NCBI GenBank assembly: GCA_965216875.1
Contig: OZ244207.1
Span: forward strand, 2,752,001-2,816,000
Reading direction: 5' to 3'
DNA from: Rubripirellula sp.
GTDB lineage: Bacteria; Planctomycetota; Planctomycetia; Pirellulales; Pirellulaceae
Length of the DNA: 64,000 nucleotides
A program made the translations under genes and the position numbers. This document shows, piece by piece, positions 47,901 to 57,542 of the stretch. Numbering within the stretch: position 1 is the stretch's first letter; the number at the start of each line of letters is the position of its first letter. Below the pieces are notes generated by a model that did not search any database, was not told where the DNA came from, and saw only the letters and a list, made by a program, of their open reading frames with translations.

Positions 47901-48659
47901 ATGATCAAATTCAAATGCACGTCGTGCGGAAGCGTGATGCGTGCTGCGCTGAGCGACGTTGGGAAAAAGACGAAGTGCCCGTGTGGCAAGGTGATTCCAA
48001 TCCCTGCGCCACCCCAAAATGCTGCTTCGGAAAACAAGCCTGCGACACCCCAAACCCACGCCGCTAGCGCCAAGATCGTTCAGTGCCCCTCGTGCAAAAC
48101 TTCTTTGCGTGTGAGGGCCGAAAACCTTCAAAAGGCAGTCCGTTGCTCGTGCGGACACGTTTTTCGATCAAACGGGTCAGGTGGAACGACGGCGCCGACA
48201 ACTCAACCCGTCTCGCCACAGCCCATTCCAGTGGCGGCGATCGCCGACCCGGCTCCTGCCGCACCAGCAACAAGTTTGTTTGATTCGATTCCGACACCTC
48301 CGCCCTCGCAACCTGCTTACGCGCCGCCGCCACCGACCTACCAACCACCACCGCCCGCACCGGCTCCCTATCGCGGAGCCCCCGCGGACCACGCGCAAGC
48401 CCAAAAGTCGGCGATGGCCAACCAGTACTTGGCCAACGCACACGCAGATGCTGCCGCCCAACGTCAGCGTCAATCCGAGATGGGCCCCTCGGACGACGAC
48501 TTTTTTGGTGGCGGGTTCGTCGGTGGACTTGCCATGATCGCGATCGGCATCATTTGGCTCGTCGGCGGATTGGCCGCGGGCTACTTCTTCCCCTATCCGG
48601 TCGTGATGGTCTTCATCGGCATGGGAATGATGTTCAAATCCTTCATCTCATCCATCTGA
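47901..48659 (+). CDS. Double zinc-ribbon, Pro-rich, C-terminal TM-hairpin protein
   Basis: CTSC..CPCG and CPSC..CSCG; Pro-rich linker; two terminal TM helices. Confidence 0.78.
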   Translation: MIKFKCTSCGSVMRAALSDVGKKTKCPCGKVIPIPAPPQNAASENKPATPQTHAASAKIVQCPSCKTSLRVRAENLQKAVRCSCGHVFRSNGSGGTTAPTTQPVSPQPIPVAAIADPAPAAPATSLFDSIPTPPPSQPAYAPPPPTYQPPPPAPAPYRGAPADHAQAQKSAMANQYLANAHADAAAQRQRQSEMGPSDDDFFGGGFVGGLAMIAIGIIWLVGGLAAGYFFPYPVVMVFIGMGMMFKSFISSI

Positions 48660-48690
48660 AGTAGCAATCGCGCAAAGGCTGCGTTCTCTG

Positions 48691-48970
48691 GTGAGCCGAA
48701 CGCGCTTGTGCCGGGACTCGGGACTCTTAAACCAAGGTCACGATCGAGCAACCAAAAGGTCGCCGACTGACTCTTGCTCGTGCTCGCTCAACCTGCGGCC
48801 CAGCGAAAACCTGCGGCTAGCGCTACAGAATGTAATTGCGCATCCATCAGCAGAAACCTTGCCCAAGTTCACACAACTGAGCCGCGATCGCGTGAGCGGC
48901 CGGGCCTTACTCGCGATCACCCCTAGCTGCGCGTCGGTAAGGGCCCGAGGCCTCACGGCCAGCGGCTCAC
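48691..48970. repeat. REP cluster: GTGAGCCGAACGCGC arm (48691), GTGCTC-type run (about 48771-48789) and a full GAGCCG...CGGCTCAC element (48878-48970)
   Basis: Arms match 18378-18496, 27955-28050 and 36979-37003 in reverse complement. Confidence 0.75.
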
Positions 48971-49010
48971 GAGCACAAGCGCCCTGCAGCACAATGTGCG
49001 CCCTATCGAC

Positions 49011-49913
49011 TCAGACGTCACCCAATCTTTCGCCACAACGATAACAGTATTCAGCGTCTTTCCGCTGTCCACTGGCGTCGCAGTTTTGACAGGGTGGTTC
49101 TTCTTCGTGGATTTGGCGCTGGTGAATGAATTCGGCGCTCACGAAAGTCGATGGCACGATGATCAAGCTATAGCCGAGCAGAATCAACATCGCCGACATC
49201 ATTTTGCCGATCGTTGTCTGAGGAACGATGTCACCGTAACCGACGGTCGTCATCGTCACGATTGCCCAATACATCGATTGCGGGATCGACGTGAACTGAC
49301 TCTCCGGATCAATGCCTCCTGCGGCATCGTAGTCGATGGTCTCGATGTGGTACATCAACGTGCCACTTACGGTCACCGCCACCAAAACGACAGCAAGAAA
49401 CACGACGATCTTGTTGCGGACGCGCCAGATGGCTTGCCCCAATTCGTCGGCTTCATTCATCATCCGCCAAAGCTTCAACACTCGGAATACACGCAGCAAA
49501 CGAATGCTTCGCAAGATCACGAAGGATCGGTTTGAGCCGCCCGCAAACAGGGTGATGTAGCTCGGCAAAATACTCAGCAGATCAATCAGTCCCCAGAAGC
49601 TGAACACGTATCGAATCGGCCGTCGCGAACAGAGCAACCGCAGAACGTATTCGATCGTAAAGAGTCCGGTGAGAACCCATTCCAACGCATTGAACAGGTC
49701 CACCAATCGCTGGCTACTGCGATACTCCGGGACGGTCTCGAACGAGACGATGCTCACGCTGGCCAAGATGGCGACCAAGAGTGCGATGTCGAACCAACGG
49801 CCAGCCGGTGTGTCGGCTTCAAAGATGACGTCGTAAAGATTCCTGCGCCAACCTGGTGCATCGGGTCTTTGCGTTTCACGCCGACGTTCGGCTCGAGATT
49901 TTTTGCGTGCCAT
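49011..49913 (-). CDS. Voltage-gated-type potassium channel (6TM ion transporter)
   Basis: S4 'RSIRLLRVFRVLK', pore 'TMTTVGYGD', C-terminal C..C/C..C. Confidence 0.93.
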   Translation of the reverse strand: MARKKSRAERRRETQRPDAPGWRRNLYDVIFEADTPAGRWFDIALLVAILASVSIVSFETVPEYRSSQRLVDLFNALEWVLTGLFTIEYVLRLLCSRRPIRYVFSFWGLIDLLSILPSYITLFAGGSNRSFVILRSIRLLRVFRVLKLWRMMNEADELGQAIWRVRNKIVVFLAVVLVAVTVSGTLMYHIETIDYDAAGGIDPESQFTSIPQSMYWAIVTMTTVGYGDIVPQTTIGKMMSAMLILLGYSLIIVPSTFVSAEFIHQRQIHEEEPPCQNCDASGQRKDAEYCYRCGERLGDV

Positions 49914-50090
49914 AAATTCAAGTATCAAAAAGCGAGACGAAACATGGAGTCTGATTCGCCTCGCCCGTCATCACAATCTTTAAACGCGCCGTTTTCAAAC
50001 GTGCTGTGGAACGATCGATGTTCTCCTTGGCACGCTTTGTCGCAACACGGGGCGCGATGAAGCTGAGTGAGACCGCAAACGACGGCCGCG

Positions 50091-50942
50091 TTATTTGCGT
50101 TTGACCGGCATTTGGGCACTGACCGGACGGACCGTCGGCGCGGTGGCGCGCCGTGCCATTTGCACGTCGGCCGACGGTGTTGGTGCCAGGTCGGCAATCA
50201 TCGACTTTGGAAGTCGCCCCTTGGGAACCTTGATTCCTGGAAGCCCGTCGGGTCCACCACCGCGCGGGTACTGCGATCTTTGGATCGTCGTCGTAGTCAA
50301 TCCCGACTTTGGCGGCGTTAGCGAGGCTTGGGCTTCTTTGTACTGCTGGTACTTCGGCGAGAAGTTAGCAATCGGGTTGTCGATCAACTCTGGTGGTTCC
50401 GTCCCCGGCAGCACCACGACGGCGGGTTCACCTTGCACGGGCTTTCCGTCGGCCGTTCGAAACGAGGCAACCAACGAGATGCGGCGTTGCTTTCCACCCA
50501 CAGCGTCCCAAGGGATCCAAACGCTATAAGAAGCCCCCAGGTCGGTTTGACTGAAGTGCCGCGTGAATTGTTCAGGGGTGAACTCATACCGCTTGATGCG
50601 GTCTTCCGGATTTTCAGCCGTGTCGTCAAATCCGTGAACGATCAAGGTCCCATCGACAGGGACGGGTCGTGATTTTTCGTCATAAAAGAAGACGCGTCCA
50701 CCGAATCCACGCGTTGGCGTGCGACCGGTTTGCACGAGACTGTCGGGCGCCCAGGTTGCCGCCAACTTGACGGGATTCGGATAAGGCTCGGGAGCCTCTT
50801 CCTTTTTGGCCATGAACGGCAACCGCTCCATGAACGGTTTGTTTTCATCGCCAGTCTTTTCGGCGAGCCCCGCGCATCCGACAGGTCCCATGATCAAAAA
50901 CGACGCCGCGGCGGTCGCAAAACTTCTTCGTGTTACTCGCAT
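50091..50942 (-). CDS. Lipoprotein of unknown function downstream of the secretin
   Basis: MRVTRRSF...GPVGC signal/lipobox; globular core 'RGFGGRVFFY...YSVWIPWD'. Confidence 0.72.
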   Translation of the reverse strand: MRVTRRSFATAAASFLIMGPVGCAGLAEKTGDENKPFMERLPFMAKKEEAPEPYPNPVKLAATWAPDSLVQTGRTPTRGFGGRVFFYDEKSRPVPVDGTLIVHGFDDTAENPEDRIKRYEFTPEQFTRHFSQTDLGASYSVWIPWDAVGGKQRRISLVASFRTADGKPVQGEPAVVVLPGTEPPELIDNPIANFSPKYQQYKEAQASLTPPKSGLTTTTIQRSQYPRGGGPDGLPGIKVPKGRLPKSMIADLAPTPSADVQMARRATAPTVRPVSAQMPVKRK

Positions 50943-51056
50943 CGAACGATTCCATTCCTTCGTTTGGCCAATGGGGTCGAACCCATCATGTTTTGTTGAG
51001 AACGCGATCCCGCTGGTTGGTGATCGCGTTCTTTTTTCTGCAGGTCTTCGTGGCAA

Positions 51057-54000
51057 CTATCGATTCGTCGAACCGCCGAGTCGTGTTGGACGAGGACGAT
51101 CCGCACTTCCCTCGCTCTGTCCGGTCAACTCCATCCAGGTCGATCGCTTTTGCATCCAAGCGGGTTGCTCCACTTGCTGAGCCGGCGCCGAGCGGGCGTT
51201 AGCCGGATTCGCCTGTGCCGGTTGTTGGAAGGATGCCGGCGTGGCTGCACCGGAAAACGCCGTTGCCGAAGCGGGCGTTGCTTGTTGCTGAGCACGCAGC
51301 GATGGGTACGCTGCACCGCGTGAGCTTAGATCGACCGGCATTGGTAGCGATCGATTGACTGGCGCTGATGCTGGCTTGTTGATCACCGGCGCGGAAAAGA
51401 CCGGTGCGGCAGGCGCAGTCGAACCTTGAAGGTTCGGCGTCGGCAACGGAGCCGGAATCGGAGCCTGTTGGATTCCCGGATCAGCCGAATCGATCATGTT
51501 CATCTCGGCTTCTGCAGGAGCAACCTGAGGCTGAGGTGCAACCATGTCATCAACGGTTGGTTGAACATCAGGATAGATCGTGTGGCCAACCGCAGGTCCC
51601 CACAAACCGTAGCCACCGCTCAATCCTTCGTCACCGTGAGCCTCAACCACATCGGCAAGGCACCAGCTCATGCGGCTCGATTCGACGCTCTTGACGTACT
51701 CCATGTCCTCGTCACCATTGACCAAGTAAGGAGTCATGAAGACGAGCAACTCGCTACGAATCTCAGCTTCCTGGTCGTACTTGAAGAAGTGTCCAAGCAG
51801 TGGGATGTCAGCGACATAGGGAACGCGGCGGCTGAAGTTGGCTCGTGATTTCTGAATCAAACCACCGAAGATCACCGTTTGCCCGCTGTAGGCTGCGATG
51901 GTCGACTGCGCGGTGGTTTGCAGAATGTCGTTAATCAACACGACGCCATCACCCGTTGGGACGAGCGTTCCATTGGAATCATCGCGGTCACTTCGCGTTG
52001 CGTCGATCGTCATGACGATCAAACCGTCCGCACCAACGCGTGGTTGGATCTGCATGATGATACCGACCTCCAAGTCCTCGGTGACGACCTGAGTTCCAGC
52101 GACACCGTTGTTGATCACGTCGGTCACCCGTGCGATCAAACGGCCGACTTGAACGAATCCGTCGGTGTTGTCCATCGTCATGATTTGAGGCCGGCTCAGG
52201 ATCTGCAGCCGACTTGCGTCTTGCAGCGTTCGTAGCAACAAGCTGACCGAATCACTCGCAGCACTCAGGACGAAGCCGCCGTAGCCGATGGTGCTGTTGG
52301 TCGTTCCCACACCAAAGGTCGAAACCGCTCGCGTGGCTACGTTGCCTTGTCCAAATGAGTTGTTGTTCGGAGTTCCGTTTCCGTTGAACTGGAAGCCTGG
52401 ATCCGATGGTGGTGTCGCTCCGGGGAATCCGCCCGCTGCAACCCCGCGGTCGTAAAGAAGCGAATCTTGGAGACCCACTTCGCCGCCGATCTCGAATGCG
52501 TCATCGAGCCGGACTTCGGCGATCATGGTCTTGATCAAGACCATCGGCGGACGTCGATCGAGTTTGTCGATCATCGTTCGCACTTCTTCGTAGATCCGTG
52601 GCGACACGCTGATCAAAACACTATTGGTCTGACCTTCCGCAGCGACCACAAGATCACGGTCAGGCAAATCGAACGGCCCCAAACCACCTTGTTGGAACTG
52701 TTGAATCTGGTTGACACCGTTGGTTCGTTGCTGGATGTAGTCTTGCATCGCCGTTGCAACGTTGATGGCAGGTTGATGACGAAGCCAAATCACTTCGGTG
52801 ATCCGCTCGGCAAACCCTTCGCTGTCGAGGCGAATCAGGATACTTTCAACCACGTCCAAGTCTTCTGCAGCACCACTTGCGATGATGCTGTTACTGCGAA
52901 TGTCTGTGCTGAACCGCAACGGAACCAACGAGCTTTCCGTTCCGCCAGTGCTCGGTGGCAACCCAGCCGTGTTGGCACCACCAACTTGTGTCCCAACGGT
53001 ACCCGCGTCGTCGCCAAAGAGATCGCGAAGTGCCGTCGTCAAGGCAGTCGCGTCGCCATTTTGAACCGTAAAGACCTTTACCAGCGAATCGATCCCTGGG
53101 GTCTTGTCCAGCTGTCGAATCAGCTCGGCGATCAATGGCATGCTGTCAGCAGGTGCTCGAACCACGATCGCATTGGCGCCCGCATCCGCGGTCACCACTG
53201 CACCGGCAAGGATGCCCGAGTCAACGATTTGTTCGCCACCCGAATCCACCGCGACGATTTGTAGGTTTGACGATGGCAACGTGATGTTGTCATTGATCTC
53301 TTCACCCTCGCCATTGATCGCAGTTTGCAAGACAGGTGCAAGCTCTTCAGCGGCAGCGTTGTTGAGCTGAAAGACCTTGATCTCTTGGCGAGTCGAATGT
53401 TCTTCAACATCCAAATCGTTGATCAAGCGAGTGATCTCTTCCATGTCGCGAGGTGATGCGCTGATGATCAGCGAGTTTGTGCGGTAGTCGCCTTGGATCC
53501 GAACTCGAGACCCCAAGCCTGGACGAATGTCGTCGTCAATGCCCGGACGGTCGGTGAAGAAGTCGCGGATCGTTTGCTCGGCATCGACGGCCGAAGCATT
53601 TCGAAGTCGAAACACTCGCAATCGGCTCGTTTCCGAAACGGGCACGTCGATCTTTTTGATCAAGTCCATCAAGCCGAGAATCGCTTCCTCGCGTCCAATC
53701 AACAGCAGCGAATTGGGGGCATCGAGCGAGGTGATGCTGACGTCACCCTGACGCGCCGACAACACATCCTGGTAGAGCTGCTGAAGCAGCGTCGCGACCG
53801 CGTTTGCGTCGGCGTGTTGAAGTTCAAGCACCTCAACCTTGGGCTTGGTCAGTTTGCTTTTGTCTTCGATCTCTTTGATCACGTCCATCACGCGTTGAAC
53901 GTCGCGTTTGGATCCGCGAATGATGATCGTTCCGAGTTCGGGCACAAATTGAATCTGCGTGTCGCCAATCACCCCGGCTCCACCATCATCGCCAAGTTCA

Positions 54001-54779
54001 CCTTCAGCTGGCGGATTGGTTGGTGCGGCGCCACCTTGATTCTGAGCTCCGACGCCCTGTTGATAGACGGCGTTTCGAAACGGCGTGTCGCCAATCGGAG
54101 CGGCTGCGAACCCTTCGCTCCTATTTCCTTCGATGGCAGCCAGCAGCCTCAGAGCGCGTTGAATCGGCGCGGGCTCGGCTTTCTCGAGACGAACCAGTTC
54201 GGTCACCGAACCAGAGTCACTTGGGGTCTTGTCCAATGCCTGGATCATCTTTTTCCAGCCAGGCAATGAAGGCTGGGGAGCAATGACGGTCACGGTGTTG
54301 TTGCGGCGATCGACCTCGACGGTCGTGCCTTGCATTGGCTTGGTCGTCAACTGATACGCTGCCCGTTCACCACCACGACTGGTCGTAACCGGCATGCGGC
54401 GCCCTTCGATCCGTTGCAGCTCGTCTTCAAATTCGCGCCATGTGACGTGAACCAGCGGCACGCTGTAAGGACCGCTCTGCGCCGACACTTGCTGGACGCC
54501 ACCGTCAGCCAACAACGATTCGACCTCCGACGCGATCTTTCGATGTGTCGCCTCGGGCGCCATCACGATCAACCGTTCGTTGCGAACGTCAGGAGAGATT
54601 TGCACGCCAGGCATATCGCGGTAGCGCATTCCGATACGCGTTGCGAGCGATCGCGCCTGTGAGGCAGGCACCGAAAGCGTTTTCAGCTTCGGCTGATCGG
54701 ACTTTTGGGCGTAGGTATCACTTGCAAAAAACGCAAGCGTGGAGCTAACCGTTAGCAGAATGACAATGAAGCGTCGCAT
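51057..54779 (-). CDS. Secretin (GspD/PulD family), about 1240 aa with many N-domain repeats
   Basis: Repeated 'V..L.NA.A..L...L' and 'D.RTNSLII' N3 units; 'MVLIK..IAEV', 'ILSRPQIMTMDN', 'VP...DIPLLGHFFK', 'ELLVFMTP'; start MRRFIV with AGGTGG SD. Confidence 0.92.
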   Translation of the reverse strand: MRRFIVILLTVSSTLAFFASDTYAQKSDQPKLKTLSVPASQARSLATRIGMRYRDMPGVQISPDVRNERLIVMAPEATHRKIASEVESLLADGGVQQVSAQSGPYSVPLVHVTWREFEDELQRIEGRRMPVTTSRGGERAAYQLTTKPMQGTTVEVDRRNNTVTVIAPQPSLPGWKKMIQALDKTPSDSGSVTELVRLEKAEPAPIQRALRLLAAIEGNRSEGFAAAPIGDTPFRNAVYQQGVGAQNQGGAAPTNPPAEGELGDDGGAGVIGDTQIQFVPELGTIIIRGSKRDVQRVMDVIKEIEDKSKLTKPKVEVLELQHADANAVATLLQQLYQDVLSARQGDVSITSLDAPNSLLLIGREEAILGLMDLIKKIDVPVSETSRLRVFRLRNASAVDAEQTIRDFFTDRPGIDDDIRPGLGSRVRIQGDYRTNSLIISASPRDMEEITRLINDLDVEEHSTRQEIKVFQLNNAAAEELAPVLQTAINGEGEEINDNITLPSSNLQIVAVDSGGEQIVDSGILAGAVVTADAGANAIVVRAPADSMPLIAELIRQLDKTPGIDSLVKVFTVQNGDATALTTALRDLFGDDAGTVGTQVGGANTAGLPPSTGGTESSLVPLRFSTDIRSNSIIASGAAEDLDVVESILIRLDSEGFAERITEVIWLRHQPAINVATAMQDYIQQRTNGVNQIQQFQQGGLGPFDLPDRDLVVAAEGQTNSVLISVSPRIYEEVRTMIDKLDRRPPMVLIKTMIAEVRLDDAFEIGGEVGLQDSLLYDRGVAAGGFPGATPPSDPGFQFNGNGTPNNNSFGQGNVATRAVSTFGVGTTNSTIGYGGFVLSAASDSVSLLLRTLQDASRLQILSRPQIMTMDNTDGFVQVGRLIARVTDVINNGVAGTQVVTEDLEVGIIMQIQPRVGADGLIVMTIDATRSDRDDSNGTLVPTGDGVVLINDILQTTAQSTIAAYSGQTVIFGGLIQKSRANFSRRVPYVADIPLLGHFFKYDQEAEIRSELLVFMTPYLVNGDEDMEYVKSVESSRMSWCLADVVEAHGDEGLSGGYGLWGPAVGHTIYPDVQPTVDDMVAPQPQVAPAEAEMNMIDSADPGIQQAPIPAPLPTPNLQGSTAPAAPVFSAPVINKPASAPVNRSLPMPVDLSSRGAAYPSLRAQQQATPASATAFSGAATPASFQQPAQANPANARSAPAQQVEQPAWMQKRSTWMELTGQSEGSADRPRPTRLGGSTNR

Positions 54780-55091
54780 CTGCGACCACCTTTTGACCGA
54801 GGGTAGATTGCGGGATCTGCGTAATGGGCCTCCGGAGCGCTCGCCCATTCAATCGGAGTCATCGTCGAAACCGGTACAGCCCCTACAGTCAAAATCATCG
54901 AATCAGTTTCACGCTGTTGTGGCCGGGAAACAAAAGGATTTGCAGCCCCTTTCATTTGGTGAAACAGAGAACCGTGGCAGAGTTTGCGGCCAGTGTTTTC
55001 TGGTCTTTCAAGAAAATCGCGGTTTTTGTTAAAGCTCTCTACGTGCCGCGTTTGCGGAAAGACAGACCTGAACTCGTTGAGTTTCAAGAAA

Positions 55092-55856
55092 ATGCGTTCA
55101 ACCCATTTTGCAATGTTGACCCTGGTGGCTGCGGTAACGTCCGGACTAGCCGGCTGCAGACAAACCACCGCCACCACTGCATCTGGCCCGTTGTCCCCAT
55201 TGGCCCCCAACAACGCCGCTGTGGCACCGCCGTCATTGGTGCCCTTCGGGGGAACCACGCGCGTGACACCACCGCCCACCGGTTCCTACACCGTCCCCAA
55301 CAACTACATGGGTGGCTCGCCCGTTTCCGCCATCGCGCCCAACGGGTTTTCATCCGTTGCCGCCAACACCCAGCCGATCGGATCGGGTGTCCAACCTGCT
55401 GGCTGGACCACCGCTGGCACGGTCGACTCCTTCTCGGCCGCCGGTCAAGGAAACAATGTCGCCCCGATCAACGGGATTGCTCCCAACAACGCGCCCGTGA
55501 ACAACGCACCAATCAACTACGGCCCCAACCCCAGCTCACATCTGCGAGCTGGCGGCATGCACGTCAATGATCTGACCGGCGCTCCAGCACCTCCGGGCTA
55601 TCGCCCCCAGTTCACACCACAGCCGTCGGTCGGAAGCAATTTCCAGCAGAACAATCCATCGAATTTCCAGCAACGCTCGAACTTTGCCCCTTCGCCAGTT
55701 CGAACCGTGCCGGCACCTTCGACGGGTAACCTTGCCGGAGGTGTCACTCAAGGCCCATCGACCGAGGTAGCGCAAAACCGAGACTTTCCGCCAGCAACGA
55801 ACAATGGCGCCAGCCAACAAAACCTCGACTGGCGACGTCCAGGGACGCAGTACTAG
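55092..55856 (+). CDS. Low-complexity (Pro/Asn/Gly) lipoprotein
   Basis: Lipobox LAGC; 'PFGGTTRVTPPPTGSY'; divergent from the secretin. Confidence 0.72.
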   Translation: MRSTHFAMLTLVAAVTSGLAGCRQTTATTASGPLSPLAPNNAAVAPPSLVPFGGTTRVTPPPTGSYTVPNNYMGGSPVSAIAPNGFSSVAANTQPIGSGVQPAGWTTAGTVDSFSAAGQGNNVAPINGIAPNNAPVNNAPINYGPNPSSHLRAGGMHVNDLTGAPAPPGYRPQFTPQPSVGSNFQQNNPSNFQQRSNFAPSPVRTVPAPSTGNLAGGVTQGPSTEVAQNRDFPPATNNGASQQNLDWRRPGTQY

Positions 55857-55915
55857 GCGTGCATTGGTAACGGCCCCTCGTTCCCGCGTGATGTATGGGA
55901 AATTGCGCATTTCAA

Positions 55916-56034
55916 CACTCTCCCTTGGGAGAGTCGGGCTCTAAGGCCCGGAGAGGGTTTGTATATCTGGGGATTATCCCTCCCCGGACTTTGCGTCCGA
56001 CCCTCCCGCAAGCGGGAGGGTGATTGTTGGAGCA
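55916..56034. repeat. Composite palindromic element (CACTCTCCC/CACCCTCCC family), copy 2
   Basis: Reverse complement of 4505-4618 with a different central spacer. Confidence 0.9.
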
Positions 56035-56044
56035 GCTCAAGCCG

Positions 56045-56539
56045 CTAGATTTCCATCGCGTCCAACTTCTGCTGGATGAATGCGAGGTGATGGGGAATGT
56101 GGCCTGCAATCCGCTCGATCAGCGTTTCAAGCGTCATCGGCCCGTCGATCGAATGCACGCAGGTCCGTTGAAAATCGGCGGCATCGCAGTGTCGCAAGAT
56201 TGGCACCACCTGTGCACGGACGGCGTTGATCAATTCCAACTCGGTTGGAAGGGAACGGTGAGAACCATAGAGCCGTGGTGCATGCTCGTCGGGGTCCGCT
56301 TCAAAGACCGTCGGATTCTCTTCAGCGATGACGCGTTTGATTCGATCCGCGTAGATCACTTCACTATCCGCCAAGTGACAAACCACTTGGCGGATCGACC
56401 ATTGATTGGGGATCGGCGTCAAGTCCCAAGTCGATTGCGGAAGACTGCCAACGACTTCACACAGTTGTGCGGGGCCAGCCTCATACTGCTGAATCAGATC
56501 ATCTAGGTTTGTCATGTTCACCGTGCTTGGGTTAGACAC
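56045..56539 (-). CDS. DinB/YfiT-family protein
   Basis: 'WSIRQVVCHLADSE', 'GHIPHHL..I'. Confidence 0.88.
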   Translation of the reverse strand: MSNPSTVNMTNLDDLIQQYEAGPAQLCEVVGSLPQSTWDLTPIPNQWSIRQVVCHLADSEVIYADRIKRVIAEENPTVFEADPDEHAPRLYGSHRSLPTELELINAVRAQVVPILRHCDAADFQRTCVHSIDGPMTLETLIERIAGHIPHHLAFIQQKLDAMEI

Positions 56540-56591
56540 GATATGACAATCGACAGATCACAAAGGTTCGCAATTCAGTCCGACGCGCAAA

Positions 56592-57239
56592 TCAGTTGGC
56601 GGGCTGGACAACGATTTGGTTGTCGACACGTCGAACACCTGGTTCAAGTCGCATCAACAACTCGCCCATGCGACGATCACGCGCGTTGCTGACAACCCCA
56701 GTCAGAACTGCCGTCTTGTCGTTGACCACCACGCGGATGCCTCGCAGTGCGGGGCGTCCGGCAATGGTACGAAAACGACTGTTCGCATTGAATTGGATGG
56801 TTTCCTGCGACATCGGCTCGACGTCAACGGCTGATCGCAAGCGTGTGCGAATGATCGGTTGATTGGCACCGGATCCCGAGTTGTTGAATCCACCAAACAG
56901 TGAACCGAGGCCACCGAAACCTCCAAGGCCACCAAACCCGCCGAGTCCGCCACCGATACCACCGGCACGTCCCGCGTTTCCGCCAGCGGCACCAGCGTTC
57001 CCGCCGATCACTTCATTTGCGACACCCACGGTGTCACCTCGTTCGACGTTTTCGAAGGCCTCATCGGCGCTCAGACCGGTACCGATGTCACTTTCACCGG
57101 TGCCAAAGTTCGAACCAAGATCGCTACCGGTGTTGCCCCCTGTATTGCCACCGTCACCCTGCTGCTGTGCAGAGGCAGTCAATCCCAAAGCAGCAATCAA
57201 TGCGAGAGCGCCAAAGCAACGTGTTGTGAGTTGGAGCAT
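56592..57239 (-). CDS. Exported Gly-rich protein with C-terminal BON domain
   Basis: Signal peptide, GGLGGFGG repeats, 'IRVVV...TAVLTGVV', 'EPGVRRVDNQIVV'. Confidence 0.82.
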   Translation of the reverse strand: MLQLTTRCFGALALIAALGLTASAQQQGDGGNTGGNTGSDLGSNFGTGESDIGTGLSADEAFENVERGDTVGVANEVIGGNAGAAGGNAGRAGGIGGGLGGFGGLGGFGGLGSLFGGFNNSGSGANQPIIRTRLRSAVDVEPMSQETIQFNANSRFRTIAGRPALRGIRVVVNDKTAVLTGVVSNARDRRMGELLMRLEPGVRRVDNQIVVQPAN

Positions 57240-57542
57240 AATGAAGTCCGTCGTCTACGTTTTCCGCAAGGAAGTTCGATATTCGAGCGCCTGAAGGCGA
57301 TGGGCGCAGGGCCACTTCTTCTGTCGAGGAACTGGCCTCGAACCACTGACAGTCAACTCGCCAGTGAGAGTGTTCGCGATTCCAGCGACCACCAATTTAA
57401 CAGCCGAGCCATTGAAACGTATCGGAATCGGTCAGGGTATTAGAGGTTGCCGAGCCAATATTTTACCGTCTTTTCCGAATACAACGATCAAATCGTCGTC
57501 CCTCGTGGGGCACCCAATCCACGCAAAAACCAAACGGTATCC

